Shown: one piece after another, positions 42,986-50,738 of the stretch
How positions within the stretch are numbered: position 1 is the stretch's first letter
Layout: each line of letters opens with the position of its first letter
NCBI GenBank assembly: GCA_017881445.1
Contig: JADGQX010000004.1
Span: forward strand, 1-55,396
Source: Gemmatimonadota bacterium
Lineage (GTDB): Bacteria > Gemmatimonadota > Gemmatimonadetes > Longimicrobiales > RSA9
Direction of reading: 5' to 3'
Length of the DNA: 55,396 nucleotides
Made by a program: the position numbers and the translations under genes
The notes under the pieces: model-generated
What the model saw: the letters and a program-made list of their open reading frames with translations, nothing else
Database searches by the model: none
What the model was told of the DNA's origin: nothing

Positions 42986-45265
42986 TCAGGCGCCCTCGAT
43001 GTCTACCTTCCAGCCATTGTCCTCCAGCGCATCCCCGACCCGTCTGCGGAACTCCACGGAATGCACGCCGGCCAGCTCCTCGGCGGCGAGGCGCACGCCC
43101 CACATGCCCAGTCCCAGGGCGGAAGCATCGCGCTCGGCCGCATCGTCGCGGCCGTCGAAGGCGTAGCGCAGCGTGAACGGGATCGCGCCCTCGACGACCA
43201 GGGCGCGGCCGGCGGGCAGGCAGCCGAAAGGCGCGTCCGTGCGCCAGTGCCAGGCGGCGGCGGGTAGGTCGTCGCGGTAGCGTTCCTCCACGCAGCGGAG
43301 CCGCTCGAAGGGGCGGCCGGTCTCGCGGGCGATGAGCAGCTTCAGGAACTCGGCGTGGGCCCAGACCAGCGGCATGGCGCTGCCGGAGGGCCGCCCGGGC
43401 GAGAGCTCGCGCTGGGGGATGGGCGGCGCATCCCAGACCTGCTCCGGCAGCAGGCCGCCCGGTCCGGCGCAGCGGAGCATGCGCTCGAGGTAGGGCAGCG
43501 GGTCCTCCCCCTGCAGCAGGGCCAGGTGCCCGCGCTCGCCGCTGAGCAGCGGCCAGGCGCGGCCGACGCCGTTGCCGTCGAAGGGGCTGCCGTCCTCGTG
43601 CTCGCCGTAGCCGTCGTCGTTGTAGCGGTGGTAGAGCGGCCCGGAGGGCGTATCCACCAGCAGTACCTCGTCCACGACCTTGAGCGTGGCCAGGATGCGC
43701 GGGTCATTGGGGTGCCGCAGGCCGAGGCGGGGGAGGTACATGAACTCGAGCCCCACCAGCTCGCCGGCGCCCAGCATCTCGCCCGAGCGGTTGGCGATGG
43801 CGACGGGCGTGCTCGCGCCCATCCCGCCCGGCGGCTGGATGCGCACGTAATAGCCCGGAACGCCCACGCGCCGCGCCAGCGGCGTGTCCTCCACCCAGCA
43901 CCAGTCCTCGATGCGCTCGTTCCAGCAGTCGGCCAGGGCCAGGGCGTAGTCGCGGTCCTTCCCCTTGAGCCACTGCGCCGCCGCGCAGAGTGCCGCCACC
44001 TCCACGGCGAGGGTGAAGGGGTTGGCTCCGGCCGTCTCCTCCCAGCGGTCCTGGGGACTGAGCGGGCCGACCCGGGCGACGTACGTTGCGGCCTCGATCA
44101 CCATGCGCTCCAGCCCCTGCACGGGCGGCGGGGCGTCCTCGGCCAGGCGCGCCGCGAGCAGGATGGGGAAGGCGGTCTCGTCCAGCTGCACGCCTGCCCA
44201 GAAGGGCCGCCCGTCCGGGTAGAAGTTCTGGGTCCAGTGCCCGTCGGGGAGCTGGGTGGCGATGAGGTACTCGAGCACCCGCTCGGCGTCCGCGCACTGG
44301 CCCGCGGCCAGCAGGGCCAGCGCGGATTCGGAGCAGTCGCGGGTCCAGACCAGGTGGTAGCCGCCCAGCGAGTCGCTGGAGTTGCCCCAGGGCGTGCTGA
44401 GCGAGGCGACGATGGCGCCGGGGTAGGTGCGGTCCTCGTGCACTTTCAGCACGCAGGCGGAAAGCTGCGCCTCCGCGCCCAGGGCGGCCGTGGGCGCGGG
44501 GAGCCGCAGGGCGTCGCCCCAGTTCTTCCAGCCGTCCACGAAGCGGGTGCGGGCGTCGCCGGCGCCATCGGCCAGGCTGGAGGCGGCCAGCGTGAGGGCG
44601 CCCTCGGGCAGCGCCGCGAACCCGAGCGCCAGCACGCCGCTCTTGCCCGGCAGCTCGCCCATGAGCGCGACGTTGCCGTCGTCCGCGCTCTCGAAGGTCC
44701 AGGTCATGCGGCCGTGCTTGTCGAAGTCCTGCCAGCCGTCGGAGGCGCCCACGTAGCCGGCACTGCTCCGGGTGAAGCCGTCGCTTGCCCGCAGGCAGAG
44801 GCAGGCGGCGCCGTTGATCGCCGTCAGGTCCCGGTCCGCTCGGGCGCTGTTGTGCTCGCCCGTGCCGCCCAGGTGCGGCGCCAGCAGCGTGTAGACGGCG
44901 TAGTCGCCCTCCAGCTCCCAGGAGAGGAGCAGGACGTCGCGCAGCGGGTCGGGGCAGACCTCGAGCGTGAAGCGATAGTCGTCGCCCTCGTGGACCAGCC
45001 GGGCCAGCGGGATGTAGGGCGCGGGCGTCTCGATGCGGTAGCGCTGGGCCCGCTTCAGCTCGACCCAGGCGCCCTCCCGGGCCAGGATGAAGCCCAGGTC
45101 CCGGATCTGCGGTTGCCCCGTCTGCGGCCAGAAGACCTCGTTGAGGATGCCGTAGCCCACGGTCGCCCAGAGGCGACTCGAGCCCAGCGCGGTGCTGACC
45201 ACGTCCTTGGCGCTCGAGCTCCACGTCGGCGCCATCCCCGGCCCGCCGAAGGCGCGTCCCGGCAT
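42986..45265 (-). CDS. GH15 glucoamylase / glucodextranase-like protein
   Basis: GYHLVWTRD, QLDETAFP, QDRWEE, GRAWPLLSGERG, LPEQVWD, SAMPLVWAHAE. Confidence 0.94.
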   Translation of the reverse strand: MPGRAFGGPGMAPTWSSSAKDVVSTALGSSRLWATVGYGILNEVFWPQTGQPQIRDLGFILAREGAWVELKRAQRYRIETPAPYIPLARLVHEGDDYRFTLEVCPDPLRDVLLLSWELEGDYAVYTLLAPHLGGTGEHNSARADRDLTAINGAACLCLRASDGFTRSSAGYVGASDGWQDFDKHGRMTWTFESADDGNVALMGELPGKSGVLALGFAALPEGALTLAASSLADGAGDARTRFVDGWKNWGDALRLPAPTAALGAEAQLSACVLKVHEDRTYPGAIVASLSTPWGNSSDSLGGYHLVWTRDCSESALALLAAGQCADAERVLEYLIATQLPDGHWTQNFYPDGRPFWAGVQLDETAFPILLAARLAEDAPPPVQGLERMVIEAATYVARVGPLSPQDRWEETAGANPFTLAVEVAALCAAAQWLKGKDRDYALALADCWNERIEDWCWVEDTPLARRVGVPGYYVRIQPPGGMGASTPVAIANRSGEMLGAGELVGLEFMYLPRLGLRHPNDPRILATLKVVDEVLLVDTPSGPLYHRYNDDGYGEHEDGSPFDGNGVGRAWPLLSGERGHLALLQGEDPLPYLERMLRCAGPGGLLPEQVWDAPPIPQRELSPGRPSGSAMPLVWAHAEFLKLLIARETGRPFERLRCVEERYRDDLPAAAWHWRTDAPFGCLPAGRALVVEGAIPFTLRYAFDGRDDAAERDASALGLGMWGVRLAAEELAGVHSVEFRRRVGDALEDNGWKVDIEGA

Positions 45266-45309
45266 GCCTCAGCCCCCGTGGCTGAAGTCGGGATAGTCGG
45301 TCCCCCGGA

Positions 45310-45990
45310 TCACTTCCAGAGCCACATCATCAGCGTGGACGCGGTCGCCAGCGCCATGGACCCCACCGCGATCCCGCGATGCGTGGCAATGCTGACGTTG
45401 CCGCGCTGCGTGAAGCCGACGCCGGTGCGGAAGCGCTGGCGCCGGGGCGTGAGCAAGGCGGTCGCGGCGAAGCCGCCGTCCGCGGTCAACATGGCGATGG
45501 AATGAACCCAGCGGCGCGCGCGCCCGTTCGAGTCCTGCCGCGAATCCCACAGGTTCCAGACGCCCGTGACGGTGTTCAGGCCGAAGAGCCCGACCACACC
45601 GACGGCCAGCGCGTTGTGCGCCCCGCGCAGGCCGTCGCTCGTGGTGCTGCCGTTGGCCAGCTTCTGACCCACCACGTACTCCGCCGCGAACAGCGGCACC
45701 ATGGCGTAGCTGCCGATGCGGTGGATCGTGAGGCGCGTGTAGTACTGGTCGCTATGCTCCACGGCGCGGGGGCGCAGGGAAGGCGTGTCGGGACCCGGCG
45801 CCTGGAGCTGCGGCAGCGGCTGGAATCGCAGGATCACTCGCGGACCGGGCGCGGGGACGGTCGGCGCGGGCGCCGCCTGGACAGTCGCGCCCGGCGCCTG
45901 CCAGGTGGCCAGGGGCCGTTGCGGCTCGGGCGAAAGGGCGGCCGCAGCGACCTGCAGCGCCGCCGACACGGCGACGGTAAACGCAACCAT
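45310..45990 (-). CDS. Hypothetical membrane protein with four His-containing helices
   Basis: GGAGG RBS; TIHRIGSY, GAHNALA, WVHSIAM, THRGIA segments. Confidence 0.75.
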   Translation of the reverse strand: MVAFTVAVSAALQVAAAALSPEPQRPLATWQAPGATVQAAPAPTVPAPGPRVILRFQPLPQLQAPGPDTPSLRPRAVEHSDQYYTRLTIHRIGSYAMVPLFAAEYVVGQKLANGSTTSDGLRGAHNALAVGVVGLFGLNTVTGVWNLWDSRQDSNGRARRWVHSIAMLTADGGFAATALLTPRRQRFRTGVGFTQRGNVSIATHRGIAVGSMALATASTLMMWLWK

Positions 45991-46107
45991 TTCATTGCCT
46001 CCGGATGCGGGCATGGGGGACGCGCCGCCGGGCCCACGCAAGGCGCGCACCGGCGGAGAACATCGGCCAGCCACACCACCTGCCGCGGAGGCCGGGTCAC
46101 GGGAACG

Positions 46108-46147
46108 AAAAATGGCCCCGGGCCGGCGGGTGCCGGTCCGGGGCCAT
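46108..46147 (-). terminator. Rho-independent terminator
   Basis: ATGGCCCCGG...CCGGGGCCAT stem with a T-tract on the minus strand after the Spy-like gene. Confidence 0.7.
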
Positions 46148-46180
46148 CGGGCGCGCCAGGCGGGGCGCGGCGCAGAAGCG

Positions 46181-46993
46181 CTAGGCGCCGCGGGCGCCCT
46201 GGCGCAGCGGCAGCCGGGCACCCATGCCGCCCGCGCCGGGCAGCCGCCGCTCGAAGCAGCCCGACGCCTTCTGGTCCGCCGTCAGCACGCCCTGCACGTC
46301 CGTGCTCAGCGTCTGACGGGCCGCCTTGAGCCGGTCCGCGGCGGGCTTCACGCCCTGCAGGATGGCCTTGACCTGGTCCTGGCTGGCGCCGCCCTTGCGC
46401 GCGTCGCGGGCCTGCTGCAACGCCTTTCGCACCGTTTCCAGGTCCGCCTGGTTGGCCTGCCGGAAGGCCGTGACCAGCGCCTTGATCTGTGTCTTCTGCG
46501 CATCGGTCAGCGGCGTGAGCTTGCTGCGGTCGCACGGCTTGGGCGCGTTCGTAGCCAGCCACGCCTTCTGGTCCGCGGTCAACACGCCCTCGATCTGCTG
46601 CTGGAGCTGCTGGCGCGCCGGCTGCATCCGATCGCGGATCGGCTTGCCCTGCTGCAGGATGGCCTTCAGCTGGTCTTTCGTGGCGCCGGCCTGGCGCGCG
46701 TCGCGAGCCTGCTTCAGCAGCGCGACCAGCGCCTGCCGGTCCGTCTTCGTGGACTCCTGGAAGCTCTTGACGTAGCCCTCGATCGCCTGCTTCTGCGTCG
46801 CCGTCAGGGCCAGGTTCGCCGGCAGCCGCCGTAGCAGTCCCGCGCCCGGACGACCGGCCGTGGACCCGGCCGCGCCGGCTACGCCCGCCGGGGTCAGCCC
46901 GGGCTGCGGCGTGGGTGTCGTCAGCCCCGTCGGCTCCTTGCCGCAGCCGGCGAGCATGCCGCCCGCCAGTATCAGAATCGCGATTCCGCGCAT
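46181..46993 (-). CDS. Spy/CpxP-like lipoprotein with duplicated LTxxQ domain
   Basis: Lipobox LAGC, LTATQK, VLTADQK, LTDAQK, VLTADQK; two internal repeats. Confidence 0.82.
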   Translation of the reverse strand: MRGIAILILAGGMLAGCGKEPTGLTTPTPQPGLTPAGVAGAAGSTAGRPGAGLLRRLPANLALTATQKQAIEGYVKSFQESTKTDRQALVALLKQARDARQAGATKDQLKAILQQGKPIRDRMQPARQQLQQQIEGVLTADQKAWLATNAPKPCDRSKLTPLTDAQKTQIKALVTAFRQANQADLETVRKALQQARDARKGGASQDQVKAILQGVKPAADRLKAARQTLSTDVQGVLTADQKASGCFERRLPGAGGMGARLPLRQGARGA

Positions 46994-47079
46994 TGTGTGA
47001 TCTCCTGTGAGCGGTGTCCGGGAAGCATCCGCGCTTCCGGGGAGATGGACGCGGCGGGACCGGGGGATGTTAAGTGGCA

Positions 47080-47172
47080 AGGTGAAGGTGAAGGCGAAGG
47101 AGAAGGAAGGCGGAGGAGGAGGAGAAGGGAAGGGCGGCCGGGCGAAGTTCGCCCTCGCCCTAGCCCTCGCCC
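47080..47172. repeat. 6-bp-period purine/pyrimidine inverted repeat hairpin
   Basis: (GGTGAA/GGCGAA/GGAGAA)n followed by (TTCGCC/CTCGCC/CTAGCC)n. Confidence 0.6.
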
Positions 47173-47174
47173 TG

Positions 47175-47765
47175 CTAGGTGGGTTTGCGCCCGGGCCCAA
47201 GGCATTCGAGGAGCAGGAAGACATCGCGCCAGAGCCAGGCACGGCGTTCGACCTCGAAGCCGGCGCGGGCGAGGGGGACGTCGGGGGAGCGGTCGAAGTG
47301 CTCGCCCCAGAGCGGCACGGTCACCCTGGACACCAGGTCGGCAACGCCGCCGAGCCAGCCCGCGGGCCGCACGTGCTCGAGCATGACCAGGGGCGCGCGG
47401 GGCCGGCTGACGCGCGCGATCTCCCGCAAGGCGGCCTCAGGGTCGGGAACCTGGCAGAAGGCCAGGGTCTCGGCGGCCCAGTCGAAGATGCCGCCGCGGA
47501 AGGGAAGCCGCTCCGCGTCACAGACGACCAGCAGCGTGCCCGCGACGCCGGGCTTGCCCCGCGCATGGGCGAGCATCCCCGGTGAGACGTCCGTGGCGAC
47601 CACGCGCGCGCCGGGCGGATGGAAGGGGAAGGCGGTGCCGGTGCCCGCGCCAATCTCGAGGCCGAGCCCGGATGCGGGGACGGCGGCCCAGGCGCGGCGG
47701 CGCATGCGCAGCAGGCCGAAGCGCTCGAGGGGCGAGGCGCCGGCGTCGTACAGTGCGCCCTTCAA
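47175..47765 (-). CDS. Class I SAM-dependent methyltransferase
   Basis: LEIGAGTG, DVSPGML, DAERLPF, FCQVPDP, LEHV. Confidence 0.9.
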   Translation of the reverse strand: MKGALYDAGASPLERFGLLRMRRRAWAAVPASGLGLEIGAGTGTAFPFHPPGARVVATDVSPGMLAHARGKPGVAGTLLVVCDAERLPFRGGIFDWAAETLAFCQVPDPEAALREIARVSRPRAPLVMLEHVRPAGWLGGVADLVSRVTVPLWGEHFDRSPDVPLARAGFEVERRAWLWRDVFLLLECLGPGRKPT

Positions 47766-47777
47766 TGGCTTACCCGC

Positions 47778-48125
47778 TCACTTCTTCCGCAGCGGCAGCT
47801 TCTGCCTGCGCCAGGCGTCCATCCCCCCGGCGAGCTGCCGGGCGTCGAAGCCGGCGGCTCGCAGCAGGCGCACGGCGGGCTTCGAGCGATGGCCGGTCTT
47901 GCAGACGGCCACCACCGGGCGGCTGCGGTCGAGGCCGAGGTCGTGCAGGCGCTGGCGAAGCTCGGGCAGCGGCACCAGCCTCACCCCGCCAATGTGCCCG
48001 CCGGCGTGCTCCATGGGGCTGCGGACGTCCACGAGCTGCGGGGGACGGCGCGAGCGCAGCTCCCGGTCGAGCGCTTCCGGTCGGACTTCCGGTACCTGGC
48101 CCCAGGGCCACCACCACGGCATCAT
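47778..48125 (-). CDS. Rhodanese-like domain protein
   Basis: LVDVRSPME...GHI, VCKTGHRS, LAGGMDAW; GAGGAG RBS. Confidence 0.9.
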   Translation of the reverse strand: MMPWWWPWGQVPEVRPEALDRELRSRRPPQLVDVRSPMEHAGGHIGGVRLVPLPELRQRLHDLGLDRSRPVVAVCKTGHRSKPAVRLLRAAGFDARQLAGGMDAWRRQKLPLRKK

Positions 48126-48386
48126 CTCGCTCCTCCTCGAATCGAGGCCACGGCTGAAGCTCGTGCACGGGACCGCGATGCGCCACCCGGGCGTCGTCGT
48201 CGTCGGCATCCCGGGGACAGCATCCGTCCTCCCGGGAGGACGCCCGCGGCCGCCCGCCGCGCGAGTTGAGCACGAATCTCGCTCTGTAGCAATAACTTGG
48301 GCGAAGGTGCCGTCGTGGCCCCTTCCGTGCCCCCGCTAGCCGGGCGACGAGGAAGTCGTCCAGGTCCATGTCGCTGGAGGAAAGCC

Positions 48387-49028
48387 ATGTTCCGCAAGCT
48401 TCTCGCACTCACCGCTCTGGCGACCGTCGTCGCCGCCGCCGCTCCGCTCCAGGCGCAAAGCGGGTCTTCCGTGATCTCGGTAAAGCGGGGCGAGCTCGAG
48501 CTCACGCCCTACGCGGGCTACATCTTCACCGGGCACTTCGCCAACGGGCCATTCAGCACCTCGCTCGGGAGCGGCAACGGCGCCGTGTACGGCGTGCAGC
48601 TGGCGCTGCCGCTGGCGCCGAGCGCATCGCTGGTGGGCGGGTTGGCCTACTCCAGCTCCGACCTGCAGGTCCAGGCGCTAAACCTGGTCTCGCAGAAGGT
48701 CGGGACCAGCGTGGCCTGGCTGTACGAGGGCGACCTCCAGCTCCGGGCCCCCGCACAGAAGAGCGGAATCACGGCGGGCGCCGAGCCGTTCCTGCAGATC
48801 GGTGCCGGCGCGATCCATCGCCAGCTCACGGCCGGCGGGCTGAGCGCGACCTCCACCGACTTCGCCATGAACGGCGGCGTGGGGTTCGACTACGTCATCA
48901 GCCAGGGGCTGGCACTGCGGCTGCTGGCCAAGGACTACATCGGCAAGGCAACGTTCAACAACGACCTCGCCCAGACGAACACGCTGAACAATCTGGTGCT
49001 GTCGGCGGGCGTGCGACTGTCGTTCTAG
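48387..49028 (+). CDS. Outer membrane beta-barrel protein
   Basis: Signal peptide, amphipathic beta strands, C-terminal GVRLSF. Confidence 0.85.
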   Translation: MFRKLLALTALATVVAAAAPLQAQSGSSVISVKRGELELTPYAGYIFTGHFANGPFSTSLGSGNGAVYGVQLALPLAPSASLVGGLAYSSSDLQVQALNLVSQKVGTSVAWLYEGDLQLRAPAQKSGITAGAEPFLQIGAGAIHRQLTAGGLSATSTDFAMNGGVGFDYVISQGLALRLLAKDYIGKATFNNDLAQTNTLNNLVLSAGVRLSF

Positions 49029-49042
49029 ACCGTCGGCGCGGA

Positions 49043-49084
49043 CGCGAAGAGCCCGGGCGGCGCAGGTCGCCCGGGCTCTTCGCG
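49043..49084. terminator. Bidirectional hairpin between convergent genes
   Basis: 17-bp perfect stem CGCGAAGAGCCCGGGCG/CGCCCGGGCTCTTCGCG. Confidence 0.75.
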
Positions 49085-49121
49085 CATCCACGATGGCTTC
49101 GCCGCGGACGCCGCGTCGCCG

Positions 49122-50426
49122 CTACGCGCCGCCGTCGCTCCAGCGCGCGAGCCGACGCAGGGCATCCACGCGCTCGGAGCGGCCCAGGCGGGCGCGCGCC
49201 ACGGCATCCCGCAGCCACTCGACGGAGCCGTCGTAGGTGGCGCGGTCCACCGGGTAGGGGTGCCCGTCCTTGCCGCCGTGCGCGAAGGAGAAGCGGGCCG
49301 GGTCGCGCACGCTGGCCGCCTCGCCGTGCACCAGCTCCGCCACCAGCGCCAGCGCCCGGACCGAGCGCGCGCCCACGCCCGGCAGCGCCAGCAGCGCCTC
49401 GAAGTCCACCGGCGCCGCCTCGTACGTGCGCAGCAGCACCTGGTGCAGCCGCGTCGGGTCCAGGTCGCGGCGCACGTCCACGGCGTGGCCGGGGGGCATG
49501 CGCATGACCGTGGGTGGGGCGGCCTCCACGTCCAGCCGCGCGTTGGAGCGAGCGGGAGAGCGGGAGAGCAGGAGTGTGGGAGACGCGGTACCCGAGGCCG
49601 CCCGATCTCCCGCTGTCCCGCTCTCCCGCTCTCCCACTCCGCCGTTCGGCGGCTCGGCCCCGAACAGGCCCAACTGCTCGGCGGGGCGAACGCGCCGGCG
49701 TGACGGATCGCCCAGGGCCGCGCCGATGCGCGCCGCCTCCCGCGCTACCGTCTCCGGCCGCTCGCGCGCCAGCGCGGTGATGGCCGCGCGCGCGCCGGCC
49801 GAGGCGTGGTCCACCAGGTTCAGCACCGCGCCCGCCGGGGCGGAGCTGGCAATGGCGGCGTGGGGCTCGTCCACCACGTCCCGCACCCGCTCGCCCAGCC
49901 AGTGGTAGCGGCGGGCGGCGGCGTCGCCCTCGCGCATCCCCTGCTGGACCACGGCCCATTCGCCCGTGGAAGTGTGCAGGAAGGTGTGGTGGTAGATCTG
50001 GAAGCCGTCCTGCACCGCGGCGCTGTCCACTTTGGCCGTGATCCGGCTGGTGTACGCCAGCCGCTCGCCATCCAGGCCGGTGCGGAGCCCATGCTCGACC
50101 AGCTCCTCCGGCGTGCGCCGCGACGCCCGCCCCTTGCCCCCGGCCACCCACAGCCCCGTGTCCGCCTCCCGCCCCTTGAGCCCCTCCTTGAGCGCCCCGC
50201 AGACGACGGTCGTGACGCCGCTGGAGTGCCAGTCGAAGCCCAGCACGCAGCCGAACGCCTGGAACCAGAATGGGTCCGACAGCCGCCGCAGAACCTCCGC
50301 CGGCCCGCGCTCCAACACGATCGCCTCCACGATCGCCGGCGCCAGCAGCGCCATGCGCTCGAAGAGCCATTTCGGGGCCTTGCCGCCATGCAGCGGCAGA
50401 TCGGCGTAACCGGCGCGACGGGCCAT
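49122..50426 (-). CDS. DUF763 domain protein
   Basis: ADLPLHGGKAPKWL, DPFWFQAFGCVLGFDWHSSGVTT, AKVDSAAVQDG, FSFAHGGKDGHPYPV. Confidence 0.93.
   Translation of the reverse strand: MARRAGYADLPLHGGKAPKWLFERMALLAPAIVEAIVLERGPAEVLRRLSDPFWFQAFGCVLGFDWHSSGVTTVVCGALKEGLKGREADTGLWVAGGKGRASRRTPEELVEHGLRTGLDGERLAYTSRITAKVDSAAVQDGFQIYHHTFLHTSTGEWAVVQQGMREGDAAARRYHWLGERVRDVVDEPHAAIASSAPAGAVLNLVDHASAGARAAITALARERPETVAREAARIGAALGDPSRRRVRPAEQLGLFGAEPPNGGVGERESGTAGDRAASGTASPTLLLSRSPARSNARLDVEAAPPTVMRMPPGHAVDVRRDLDPTRLHQVLLRTYEAAPVDFEALLALPGVGARSVRALALVAELVHGEAASVRDPARFSFAHGGKDGHPYPVDRATYDGSVEWLRDAVARARLGRSERVDALRRLARWSDGGA
49545..49640. repeat. 8-bp-period palindromic element (GGGAGAGC/GCTCTCCC) inside the DUF763 ORF
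   Basis: Left arm 49545-49583 and right arm 49606-49640 are imperfect reverse complements; the reading frame is kept. Confidence 0.8.
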
Positions 50427-50500
50427 GACCCGAATATAGCCCGAAGCAGCGCCCGTGCGTAGCCCGAGCCCCTAGCGGAAGCAGCGGCATAGCAAAACCC

Positions 50501-50683
50501 CATCTTACCGCCGAGTACGCAGAGGACACCGAGGTAGCGACATCCTGCGCTGCGCGGCGCGGATGCGCTGCTGTGGATATTGTTGTTAAATAACAACATA
50601 CATCCCCCGGCCGAACCCGGCTGCCGGCGGTTCGGCCGCCTCGGCGCCCACTCGGCGTCCTCGGTGCACTCGGCGGTAGGATG
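50501..50683. repeat. Multi-branched hairpin element with 9-bp-period terminal inverted arms
   Basis: 50501-50534 versus the reverse complement of 50650-50683 match at ~28/34 nt; three internal hairpins. Confidence 0.8.
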
Positions 50684-50738
50684 TGGTTCCGCTCCCGCTC
50701 CGCCTGCGGCCGTTGGCCGTTTTGCCTTTGCCCCTGCC

